A stretch of 64,000 nucleotides of DNA from an uncultured Lachnospiraceae bacterium (GCA_910579325.1 CAJTTU010000002.1:32106-96105); one strand, 5' to 3'. Shown: positions 1 to 8,419, counted from the stretch's first letter. Numbers and translations are program-made. The notes: generated by a model not told the origin, from the sequence alone.

Positions 1-797
1 CCACCGGCATTACAGTTGCGGTAGACGCTTACGGCCCGATTGCCGACAATGCGGGCGGTATCGCCGAGATGAGCGGTCTGGATGATTCCGTGCGTGAAAT
101 CACAGACAAGCTGGATGCGGTGGGAAACACCACGGCGGCCATGGGAAAAGGCTTCGCTATCGGTTCCGCGGCGCTGACTGCGCTGGCTATGTTCGTATCT
201 TATGCGGAAGCGGTACAGCTCCAGTCGATCAGCATCCTGGAACCCAATGTGATTATTGGTCTGCTGGTAGGCGGTATGCTGCCTTTCCTGTTCTCCGCTT
301 TTACGATGGAGAGCGTGTCCAAGGCGGCATTTAAGATGATCGAGGAAGTCAGACGGCAGTTTAAGACCATTCCCGGCATTCTGGAAGGGACGGCGAAACC
401 GGATTACAAGTCTTGCGTGGCGATTTCCACTACCGCCGCGTTAAAGGAAATGCTGGTACCCGGTATCATGGCAGTGGCGGCGCCTCTTCTGATCGGTATC
501 CTGCTGGGCGTGGAAGCGCTGGGCGGCATGCTGGCCGGCGCGCTGGTGACCGGCGTTCTGATGGCCATCTTTATGTCCAATGCCGGCGGCGCATGGGATA
601 ACGCCAAAAAGTATATAGAGGAAGGAAACCACGGCGGCAAGGGCAGCGACGCTCATAAGGCGGCTGTCGTAGGCGACACGGTAGGCGATCCCTTTAAGGA
701 TACGTCAGGTCCTTCCATTAACATTCTGATTAAGCTGATGACAGTGGTATCTCTGGTATTTGCTCCGCTGTTCTTAAGCATCGGCGGACTGCTGTAG
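1..797 (+). CDS. hppA: Membrane-bound H+/Na+-translocating pyrophosphatase, C-terminal part (5' end lies outside the window)
   Basis: Frame is open from base 3. Encodes [28 protein letters not shown] and [23 protein letters not shown], which are hallmark V-PPase motifs. Confidence 0.9.
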   Translation, partial: TGITVAVDAYGPIADNAGGIAEMSGLDDSVREITDKLDAVGNTTAAMGKGFAIGSAALTALAMFVSYAEAVQLQSISILEPNVIIGLLVGGMLPFLFSAFTMESVSKAAFKMIEEVRRQFKTIPGILEGTAKPDYKSCVAISTTAALKEMLVPGIMAVAAPLLIGILLGVEALGGMLAGALVTGVLMAIFMSNAGGAWDNAKKYIEEGNHGGKGSDAHKAAVVGDTVGDPFKDTSGPSINILIKLMTVVSLVFAPLFLSIGGLL

Positions 798-828
798 GAA
801 CCGGATTTTTAACTTTATAATGAAAGCT

Positions 829-890
829 GGGAGACAACGGATACGGCTATTCAGGTGGAGAACCCCTGACGTCCGCTGTCTCCTTTTTTG
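829..890 (+). terminator. Intrinsic terminator after hppA
   Basis: ggagacaacgg (830-840) pairs with ccgctgtctcc (873-883) with one mismatch, followed by TTTTTT (884-889). Confidence 0.6.
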
Positions 891-906
891 TATCATGGAA
901 AAGTCC
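884..906. repeat. Half copy of a terminator-proximal palindromic repeat family (ttttttgtatcatggaaaagtcc)
   Basis: Shares ttttttgtatcat(a)ggaaagtcc with 27368-27390. The left arm is also found at 59691-59703. Confidence 0.6.
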
Positions 907-921
907 GGCACTGCGGAATAC

Positions 922-1113
922 TTATATAACCAGCGGCCTGGTGGGGGGATCCTGAACCGGCGGGATATCGGGACCCGGTTCCGGCTGACGGAGAGGCTGT
1001 CCCGGAATCTCGATGATAGGCCGATCAGGTTCATAGACCGTATTTTTTCCCGGCAGTTCCATCGGTTGCTGAGACGGGAACCGCGCAGGGGAAGGTTCGT
1101 TTATTTTATCCAT
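922..1113 (-). CDS. Small proline-rich hypothetical protein (63 aa)
   Basis: ATG is preceded by AAGGAGGT about 12 nt upstream. The product is Pro/Gln/Glu-rich with no recognisable family. Overlapping plus-strand ORFs look like noise. Confidence 0.35.
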   Translation of the reverse strand: MDKINEPSPARFPSQQPMELPGKNTVYEPDRPIIEIPGQPLRQPEPGPDIPPVQDPPTRPLVI

Positions 1114-1218
1114 TTTTATTTTTTACCTCCTTATTTTTTAACCGCAGCTTTCATTCCATCTGTTTTTCAGACTCCCTGAACCGGGAGAGAAGCTGCCGTT
1201 TTCATAAAGTACATCTGT

Positions 1219-1266
1219 ATCAGCCCGTTTGACACAAGTTATGTGCCTGACGGGCTGATCTTTTTC
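1219..1266 (+). terminator. Orphan intrinsic-terminator-like hairpin upstream of the VTC gene
   Basis: Perfect 10-bp stem atcagcccgt (1219-1228) / acgggctgat (1250-1259), then cTTTTTc. No plus-strand ORF lies upstream of it. Confidence 0.5.
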
Positions 1267-1406
1267 TTCCGCTGTTAGTCTGCCCTGACAAAGCCTTTGT
1301 TATCCGATTATCATTGCAAAGCGGCGGAAAAACGATTATACTTACGGTGTGCGATGGTAAAATAAAGAGAAATGCAGCAAGTAAATCGGAATAGGAAGCT
1401 TAAGTG

Positions 1407-2114
1407 ATGAAAATCGATAAAGTTTATCGAAACGAGTGGAAGTATATCTGTGGCGCCGCCCCACTGGCGGTCCTGGAGCGGCGTCTGGCGGCAGTGCTGG
1501 AAAAAGATATCCACAGCGCGCCGTCCGGGAATTATGAAATACACAGCCTGTATTTTGACGATTATCAGGACATCTGTGCGAAAGAAAATGAAGCGGGGCT
1601 TCCCAGGCGTTTTAAATACCGGATTCGTTATTATGGAGCCTGTCCGGAGCAGCTTCGGCTGGAATATAAAGAAAAGCTTTATGGGAGATGCCATAAAGAA
1701 AGCTGTGTTCTGACGTCGGAGCAGTATCAGGAGATCATAGAGGGCAATGCCAGGGAGCTGTTCTGGAAAACGGAGCATCCCCTTTTGAAACGCTTTTGCG
1801 TGGATGTGATGACGAGAATGTTTGTTCCGAAAGCCATCGTGGATTATGAGCGGACCGCATACGTGGAGCCCATCGCGAATATACGGATCACGCTGGACAG
1901 AAATATTTCTGTGTCCGGGGATACGGTGCGTTTTCTGGACGGCGGCTATCAGAGATTTCCATTGCTTCCGAAGGGGCAGCATGTGCTGGAAGCCAAGTTC
2001 GATTATGTGCTGCCCCAATATCTGAAAAGACTGATTCCCGATCGAAACGGGCTGGTTCAGACCGCTTTTTCTAAATATTATCTGGGAAGGGTGGCGCTGC
2101 AAAGTCTGACGTAG
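1407..2114 (+). CDS. VTC-domain (polyphosphate polymerase domain) protein
   Basis: N-terminal YRNEWKY, then YEIHSLYFDD, KYRIRYY and EYKEK, which resembles bacterial VTC/CYTH-like domain proteins. Confidence 0.7.
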   Translation: MKIDKVYRNEWKYICGAAPLAVLERRLAAVLEKDIHSAPSGNYEIHSLYFDDYQDICAKENEAGLPRRFKYRIRYYGACPEQLRLEYKEKLYGRCHKESCVLTSEQYQEIIEGNARELFWKTEHPLLKRFCVDVMTRMFVPKAIVDYERTAYVEPIANIRITLDRNISVSGDTVRFLDGGYQRFPLLPKGQHVLEAKFDYVLPQYLKRLIPDRNGLVQTAFSKYYLGRVALQSLT

Positions 2115-2162
2115 TGAAACGAGACCGCGCCACCCTGATCCGGTCTGAAATTTCTGGTCTTA

Positions 2163-4055
2163 TTACAATAATAAAGAAATACCATGGACCAGAGCACATA
2201 ACGCAAAGCCGCATATGGTGGGAATCAGGATGCCAAGGAGCGTCCATTTCCAGCTTCCGGTTTCTTTGCGCATGGTAAGGCAGGTGGTGGAGCAGGGCCA
2301 GTGCATCAGGGAAAAGAGAATGGTGCACAGGGCCGTGACCCAGGTCCAGCCGTTTGCCGTGAAGATTTGCTGCAGCCGGGTATAATCGTCGATGCTTACC
2401 AGTGTTCCGGTGGACAGATAACACATCAGAATAATGGGCACAACGATCTCATTTGCCGGAAAGCCCAGAATAAAGGCTGTCAGAATCACGCCGTCCATGC
2501 CCATAAACCGACCCAGCGGATCCAGGAAAGTGGTTCCCCATTGGAGCAGGGACTGCTCTCCGGCGTATGTGTTCGCCAGAATCCAGATCAGAAGGCCGGC
2601 AGGCGCGGCGATGGCGACGGCCCTGCCCAGCACGAAAAGCGTACGGTCCAGTATGGAGCGGACCAGAATCTTTCCGATCTGCGGACGTCGGTAAGGCGGC
2701 AGTTCCAGCGTGAAGGAGGAGGGCATGCCTTTCAGAATCGTTCTGGACAAAATCCAGGAGACGCCAAAGGTCAAAAGGATGCCCAGACAGATCAGCAGGG
2801 CCAGCAACAGCGCTCCCGATAGGGAGGAGGCCGCGGCGGAACCGGTGAAGAAAATAGTGATCAGAGCCAGCAGCGTGGGAAAGCGCCCGTTGCAGGGCAT
2901 AAAGCTGTTGGTCAGGACAGCGATCAGCCGTTCTCTGGGGGAATCGATGATCCTGCATCCGGTCACGCCTACGGCGTTGCAGCCGAGGCCCATACACATG
3001 GTCAACGCCTGTTTCCCGCAGGCGGAACATTTTTTAAACAGATAATCCAGATTAAAAGCCACTCTGGGCAGGTAGCCCAGATCTTCGAGGATCGTAAAAA
3101 GAGGAAAGAAAATAGCCATCGGAGGCAGCATAACGGACACCACCCAGGCCAGCACCCGGTAAATGCCCAGGATCAGCGCCTCCCGGAGAAAAACGGGCAT
3201 TCCGGCAGCGACAGCGGTGTCCATCAGAATATCCTGAAGCCAGAAGAAAAAGCGGGACAAAAGCTGGCTGGGATAGTTGGAGCCGGTGATCGTCAGCCAG
3301 AAGATTCCCATCAGAAGCAGAAACATCATAAGGATGCCGGTTCGGGGGCCGGTGACCAGCCGGTCGATCCGGTAGTTGAAACGGCGCTTATCGCCGGGGT
3401 TCTGAGATACGGCCTGGGCTGTGATTTCTTCGGCTTCCCGGATAAAGGAGACGGCAAGGTGTTCGTCCTGGAGCGGAGGGAGAATGTTGTTGTCGTCAGA
3501 TACGGTAATTGTCGTTTTAGCGGCAGCTTTTTTATCTGTTACCGGTAACTGTGGGGGCGTCTCGCACATCCGGACAGCCGTCGCCGCCAGTTCTTTGATT
3601 CCCTTTTTCACGGACGCGCTGCAGGGAACGACAGGCATCCTGAGCAGATCGGACAGTAGAGTAAAATCAATTTCAATTCCTTTCCGCCGCGCTTCGTCGC
3701 ACAGATTGACACACAGAATTCCCCGGTCGGTTATCTGCCGGATCTGCAGCACCAGATTCAGGTTCCGTTCCAGGCAGGTGGCGTCGCAGACGACGATCAC
3801 GGCATCCGGATGTTCTTCACAGATAAAGTCCCTGGCGATCTCCTCCTCGGCGGAATGGGCCATAAGGGAGTAGGTGCCGGGCAGATCCACCAGCGTGTAA
3901 GTCTTTCCGTTCCGGATAAATTCACCTTTCGCACAGGCCACCGTCTTTCCCGGCCAGTTGCCGGTGTGCTGCCGCAGCCCGGTCAGCTCGTTAAATACCG
4001 TGCTCTTTCCCACATTGGGATTGCCCGCCAGCGCGATCACTGGTTTATGGTTCAT
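2163..4055 (-). CDS. feoB: Ferrous iron transport protein B
   Basis: MNHKPVIALAGNPNVGKSTVFNELTG is the G-domain P-loop, followed by a long polytopic membrane domain. Start chosen at the ATG at 4055, 6-8 nt after GGGAGGT. No feoA is seen nearby. Confidence 0.9.
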   Translation of the reverse strand: MNHKPVIALAGNPNVGKSTVFNELTGLRQHTGNWPGKTVACAKGEFIRNGKTYTLVDLPGTYSLMAHSAEEEIARDFICEEHPDAVIVVCDATCLERNLNLVLQIRQITDRGILCVNLCDEARRKGIEIDFTLLSDLLRMPVVPCSASVKKGIKELAATAVRMCETPPQLPVTDKKAAAKTTITVSDDNNILPPLQDEHLAVSFIREAEEITAQAVSQNPGDKRRFNYRIDRLVTGPRTGILMMFLLLMGIFWLTITGSNYPSQLLSRFFFWLQDILMDTAVAAGMPVFLREALILGIYRVLAWVVSVMLPPMAIFFPLFTILEDLGYLPRVAFNLDYLFKKCSACGKQALTMCMGLGCNAVGVTGCRIIDSPRERLIAVLTNSFMPCNGRFPTLLALITIFFTGSAAASSLSGALLLALLICLGILLTFGVSWILSRTILKGMPSSFTLELPPYRRPQIGKILVRSILDRTLFVLGRAVAIAAPAGLLIWILANTYAGEQSLLQWGTTFLDPLGRFMGMDGVILTAFILGFPANEIVVPIILMCYLSTGTLVSIDDYTRLQQIFTANGWTWVTALCTILFSLMHWPCSTTCLTMRKETGSWKWTLLGILIPTICGFALCALVHGISLLL

Positions 4056-4257
4056 GTGATACCTCCCATTATTGCTTATGCGCTCTTGAAGCCCCTTTTG
4101 CGCCTGTTTTTGCGGCAGATAAAAATTATTTCGCAAAATCAGACACAATGAGACAATGAGAACACATATTTTGCTCGTTATATTAGTGTATGAGAGGAAA
4201 CGAACAGTGTGAGTTGGCCGACTTGTTTTGGCGGAAGTATATTTTGGAATGACTTTA

Positions 4258-4803
4258 CTATTTCAGAAGCTCGGAGATATTAATGAGCAGATCCTGGTAG
4301 ATTCCTGCCTGAATCGGAAGGTCAAAAGGCACAATAATCGGAGCGGAATCTTCCTCATACCAGTATACGGTCGTACGTTCCTTCGCGGGATCCACAATCC
4401 AGTATTCCCGGACGCCGGATTCGGAATAAATTGCGTTTTTAATAGAATAATCCATCTTACGGCTGCTGGGAGATACCAACTCAATGATGAAATCCGGAGC
4501 GCCTTCACAGCCTCTGTCAGTGAGCTTGTCAGGATCGCAGATCACGCTGATATCCGGATCCACCCAGTTTTGATCATTGGCATCAAGATTAACGGCAAAA
4601 GGGGCAGGGATAATTTCGCAATTTCAGTCATGTTCTTTGATGTGCCGACCGATTATTTGTGTAAATTCAGAAATTAATTTCTGATGCCTGAAATTCGGCG
4701 GCGACATATCATATAAATGTCCGTTAATAAGCTCGGCTCTCTGTCCCTCAGGCAGGTTCCAGTAGTCTTCTGATTTATAAGATTTTCTTTTTGGTAATGG
4801 CAT
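4258..4803 (-). pseudogene. Uma2-family (DUF820) endonuclease gene interrupted by one in-frame TGA
   Basis: The frame reads MPLPKRKSYKSEDYWNLPEGQRAELINGHLYDMSPPNFRHQKLISEFTQIIGRHIKEHD-TGA(4624-4626)-NCEIIPAPFAV...PDFIIELVSPSS...EYWIVDP with no frame change. Confidence 0.75.
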
Positions 4804-4888
4804 AGATGTAGATCCTTTCCTGGTGCTGATTAATAATGTTTCTTTTCGGGGTAGTGTTTAAAGCAAATCAATCTTCTTGTATGCGCAA

Positions 4889-5140
4889 TTAATATTGATG
4901 ATATATTTCTCCTCTGTTTCCGGCATCTATGACAAATACAATACATTTTCCACTGTCAACAGTATAAATGATACGATAATTTCCTACTCGAAGCCGAAAC
5001 AGGTCGTTATGTCCTTTTAGCTTCTTTATATCTTCGCCATCAGGTAAACGCATAATAGCCGATACGACTCTGATTCTTTCGTTTTGCGGAAGCTTATCAA
5101 TAAATTTTTTGGCCTTTTTCTTGACGATGATTTGATACAT
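4889..5140 (-). CDS. RelE/ParE-family type II toxin
   Basis: MYQIIVKKKAKKFIDKLP...LKGHNDLFRLRVGNYRIIYTVD...IVFVIDAGNRGEIY. The start ATG overlaps the upstream stop as ATGA. Confidence 0.8.
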   Translation of the reverse strand: MYQIIVKKKAKKFIDKLPQNERIRVVSAIMRLPDGEDIKKLKGHNDLFRLRVGNYRIIYTVDSGKCIVFVIDAGNRGEIYHQY

Positions 5141-5355
5141 CAGCCAATCCCCCACTCTTTCATACATTCTTCTAATGTATAAGATTGGTCTTTTTCGGGG
5201 TCAGGGTCATTTTCATAGTTTTCAACCATTCTCTGGCAAAAGATATCATCAGCTTCTTCATCAGCGGTGATTCCCTGGACATACGCAAGGACATATCCCA
5301 TCTTATAGTCTGGAATGTTATCCAGTAAACTTATAATTCTTTCCTTATTACTCAT
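5140..5355 (-). CDS. Putative cognate antitoxin (71 aa)
   Basis: Small acidic ORF directly upstream of the toxin and translationally coupled to it. AAGGAG lies 8 nt before the ATG at 5355. Confidence 0.6.
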   Translation of the reverse strand: MSNKERIISLLDNIPDYKMGYVLAYVQGITADEEADDIFCQRMVENYENDPDPEKDQSYTLEECMKEWGIG

Positions 5356-5603
5356 AGCCAATTCTCCTTGCAGGTAAAGCTTTTTTGTACATGTGAATTT
5401 TCGTTGTTTGGTTTATGAGAAGTATATCATAAAATGCAAGTATGAACAATGCGCAATAGAGGCAAAAAATGTGAAAAATACAAACAAATGTTCGAAAGTG
5501 GTAAAATTTTGGAAGATGAAGAGAGGGTGAAAAATGAGGACAGTTAATTTGAAAAACCGTATTAGAAATGGCATCAAATCAAATACGGCTTATATGCAAA
5601 ACC

Positions 5604-5630
5604 TTCGTAGAATATTTCATTCTGCGAAAA
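5604..5630. repeat. Left copy of a 27-bp perfect inverted repeat (ttcgtagaatatttcattctgcgaaaa)
   Basis: Exact reverse complement of 6023-6049. It is itself an imperfect palindrome with a 10-bp stem and 5-nt loop. Confidence 0.95.
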
Positions 5631-6022
5631 TATTTTATCCAAAAGACATCATGCCAATTATATAGAATGTCTGAATCACTGTCAACCATTTTAAAAGATT
5701 TCAGAATTCGGTTCCAAATATTTAATAAAAGGTGTCAGAACCAAAAGGAATATCGGCTGTTAAATGCCTTTCTTACCTCTTATATCGGCAGTTTTCCCGA
5801 ATCCCTTAACCCGTTAGAAACAGTTTTTCCCTGAAAAAGATTTATTCGTCGTCAAAATCACCGTCAGAAGACTCTTTACTGCTGTCCCGTTGTCCGCCAA
5901 ACGAAGCAAAAGACCTATATTTTCCTGAAGTATTTGCGGACATATTCGTTTTCTGTCCATTTACCGTCAAAAAAGTGGTCAGACGCTCCCAAAAGTCCCG
6001 AAAAATCAGCTATATCGGGCCT

Positions 6023-6049
6023 TTTTCGCAGAATGAAATATTCTACGAA
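6023..6049. repeat. Right copy of the 27-bp inverted repeat, 58 nt upstream of the TnpB-like ORF
   Basis: ttttcgcagaatgaaatattctacgaa is the exact reverse complement of 5604-5630. Confidence 0.95.
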
Positions 6050-6106
6050 AATCGGTCCGGCCGAAAACAGAAAGGCCGGGCGTAGCCTGTTTAAGGGAAG
6101 ATAGGG

Positions 6107-7417
6107 ATGCCGCCGCAAACGATATTTAAAACGGTTTACCAATACAACAAGATTCCGGTCCCCTCCGGGGATATGACAAAGCTGCAGGAAATCGCAGGCG
6201 ATTGCCGCAGTGTCAGGAATTACGTGTATGAGCGTTACGGCGGAATCGGCGGTCTTTCAAAAATCTATCCGGGTTACGCCGTGCAGAACGAGATGACCCG
6301 AAGCGGATTACGGGAGCGGCTGGGATTGCCCTCCGTTTACTTCTATCTTTCCATTTTCGATGCGCTGGAAGATATCAGGAGCCAGTGGACACACACAAAA
6401 AGTCGGATCGAGCAGAATATCAGGGCAAACCATGAGCTGACGCCGAAAGACAGACATTACCTGCGTTTTGTGATGAAACAGAGAAGTTGTTTTGAAGCGA
6501 TTCTGACAGGCGGCAGGATGGAACTGTCCGGGGATTGGGAAAAGTCTTATGAGGCTCTCGGTGAAAAAGTCAATGTTCACAGGCTGAATCAATACCTCCG
6601 GCGGCAGGTGCGCAGGCATCTGCGAAAACCCCATACGGAAACGGCGGATGGATTTCCGGTTTCCGCGAAAGCGTACCGGTATGCGGATCACGGCATTTAC
6701 GTCGCAATGAAGGAGAAGCGGAAAAGGCTTTTTATCCTGCTGACAGATAATAACCGTTACGACAGGCAGATATATATCCGGCTTTATCCGAAAGATGGGA
6801 ATATCACCATCAATGTGCCGATCGAGGTAAGACAGAGAAAGCCTGCCGGCTATGACGGAGAGATCGGGCTTGCGATCGGAATGCGCCGCATGTTTGTGAC
6901 GGACAGAGGCAGCGTCTACGGGGAACGATATCTGGAATATCAGTCAGCCCTTACGGATTACGTACAAAAAAAGCTGCCGGGCCACCGCAGAAACGCAGAG
7001 AACAATCCCGGAACGAAAAAGTATGACGCAGGGAAAGCAAGACTGGAAGCTGCGCTGCGCACTTACGTAAATGCGGAAATCAACCGGATGCTGGAGACAG
7101 AAAAGCCGGGAACTGTATATTTTCCGAAATTGCCAGGCGTATCGAAGGCCGGGATAAATAAAAAGGTGAATACCGCTGTCAGCATGTGGCAGAAAGGCTA
7201 TGTAAAAAGCAGGCTGGCACAGAAGTGTAAAGAGCGCTCAGTGGAATTTGTCGAAGTGTTCGGAAAAGGGATCAGCGTCACGTGCAGTTACTGTGGAGCG
7301 GCGGGTAAAAAAGACGGAGAGATTTTCCGTTGTAACTCCTGCGGACTGGAAATGCCGGAGAAGCAGAATACGGCGGGGAATGTGATGAGAAAAGGACAGG
7401 AGCTGAAACGTTCATAA
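6107..7417 (+). CDS. TnpB-like (IS605 OrfB-type) protein with apparently substituted RuvC catalytic residues
   Basis: 436 aa with a C-terminal zinc ribbon CSYCG...CNSCG followed by NTAGNV (compare NAAxNI). A central GLAIG sits where GIDLG is expected and VYFPKL where hhhEDL is expected. No tnpA is adjacent. Confidence 0.7.
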   Translation: MPPQTIFKTVYQYNKIPVPSGDMTKLQEIAGDCRSVRNYVYERYGGIGGLSKIYPGYAVQNEMTRSGLRERLGLPSVYFYLSIFDALEDIRSQWTHTKSRIEQNIRANHELTPKDRHYLRFVMKQRSCFEAILTGGRMELSGDWEKSYEALGEKVNVHRLNQYLRRQVRRHLRKPHTETADGFPVSAKAYRYADHGIYVAMKEKRKRLFILLTDNNRYDRQIYIRLYPKDGNITINVPIEVRQRKPAGYDGEIGLAIGMRRMFVTDRGSVYGERYLEYQSALTDYVQKKLPGHRRNAENNPGTKKYDAGKARLEAALRTYVNAEINRMLETEKPGTVYFPKLPGVSKAGINKKVNTAVSMWQKGYVKSRLAQKCKERSVEFVEVFGKGISVTCSYCGAAGKKDGEIFRCNSCGLEMPEKQNTAGNVMRKGQELKRS

Positions 7418-7419
7418 TA

Positions 7420-7720
7420 GAAGGAACCATGGATGAATGCGCCGTCAGGCTGTATTTAACCGAAACCGGGGACGGGAAAAGGACTGTGGGGAATTCTTTT
7501 GATAAATCCGAAAAAATTTGTCACAGACACGTTTTGCCGGATGCGATATAAAAACAAGACGGCATTAGAAGCCGCTTTCGATTGAAGGTGGGTATTGGAT
7601 ATGCCAGGACCTGTGGGAACTCCGGGCGGGAAACCGTGTGGGAGAGGTACCGGGAGCGAAGCGGACAGGGACCAGATGTGCGGGAAATTACGCACAGAGG
7701 AACTGTAAGCAGCATCTGTA
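7420..7720 (+). ncRNA. Candidate structured non-coding RNA in the 3' tail of the TnpB-like gene (omega-RNA-like?)
   Basis: 300 nt with no credible ORF and GC-richer than the surrounding intergenic DNA. It has internal direct repeats (7466-7492 and 7622-7645) and nested hairpins: CAGATG 7673-7678 with CATCTG 7713-7718, and gtgcg 7678-7682 with cgcac 7691-7695. Confidence 0.3.
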
Positions 7721-7778
7721 ATTGATGTCCAAATATGTTTTATTAAATATGACACGGATAAAAGGAGGAACATCAGAG

Positions 7779-8300
7779 ATGGAAGAAATAGAGAAAACGG
7801 GAGAAAAGAAATCGAAGAAAAAAGTAATTATCATAGTGGTGATTGTGGCGCTGCTGGTGGTAATTGGGGCTTTGGGGTTTGTGATTTTTAATCTGTTAAA
7901 TAAAGAAGAACCCAAACCGCAGAGGGATGTCTCCCAGGGCCTTGTGGTGGATGGTGGTATGGAACAAAAGGCTAAAGATGCCAGGTTTACTACAGATATG
8001 AATATGATCTGGACATTCCCGTCAGGGAGCGTTACTTCCAACAATGCAATAATCGGGAATTCCGCCAGTAACCTTTATGAGTGTTATTTTGAGGTTTATC
8101 TGGATGATGAGGAGCAGACACTGCTTTACAGTTCACCGGTGATCCCGGTGGGGAAGAGGCTGGAGGAATTAAAGCTTGATAAAAGCTTACCTGATGGTAC
8201 TTATGATGCCATGTGTACCTACCATGTGCTGGATGATGAGGATCCTGAAAAAGAATTGGGATCAGTTTCCTTTGCGGTCAGTCTGGTGTTTGGCCAATGA
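7779..8300 (+). CDS. Membrane-anchored hypothetical protein (N-terminal TM helix, extracellular beta-rich domain)
   Basis: ATG at 7779 lies 8 nt after AAAGGAGGA. KKSKKK is followed by VIIIVVIVALLVVIGALGFVIF. Confidence 0.6.
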   Translation: MEEIEKTGEKKSKKKVIIIVVIVALLVVIGALGFVIFNLLNKEEPKPQRDVSQGLVVDGGMEQKAKDARFTTDMNMIWTFPSGSVTSNNAIIGNSASNLYECYFEVYLDDEEQTLLYSSPVIPVGKRLEELKLDKSLPDGTYDAMCTYHVLDDEDPEKELGSVSFAVSLVFGQ

Positions 8301-8419
8301 TTGATACATGATTCCCGGGGCAGGATGGGGACGGGAGTGAGGCAGAGCTTCTGGTACCGGATGCCACGGGGAATGTATATAGATTCAAATTCAAATTTTA
8401 TTAAATGGAGGAATGAAGT

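Noticed and set aside
1311-2102. 263-aa minus-strand ORF
   Set aside because: It lies entirely antisense to the VTC-domain gene, which has recognisable motifs. Its composition is Arg/His/Pro/Ile-rich and it has no RBS, so it is a shadow ORF.
2301-3045. Several plus-strand and minus-strand ORFs (173, 193, 111 aa) inside feoB
   Set aside because: They are alternative frames or antisense frames of a confidently identified feoB. Their Arg/Gly/Pro-rich composition is typical of GC-rich shadow frames.
4110-4140. Fur box upstream of feoB (gataaaaattatttc)
   Set aside because: It is AT-rich with only partial dyad symmetry and matches roughly half of the 19-bp Fur consensus. That is too weak to call.
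5568-6142. ORFs 5568-5834 (+) and 5915-6142 (-), which share the peptide VEYFILRK
   Set aside because: The shared peptide arises only because each ORF reads through one copy of the 27-bp inverted repeat. The region is AT-rich, with no RBS and no family resemblance.
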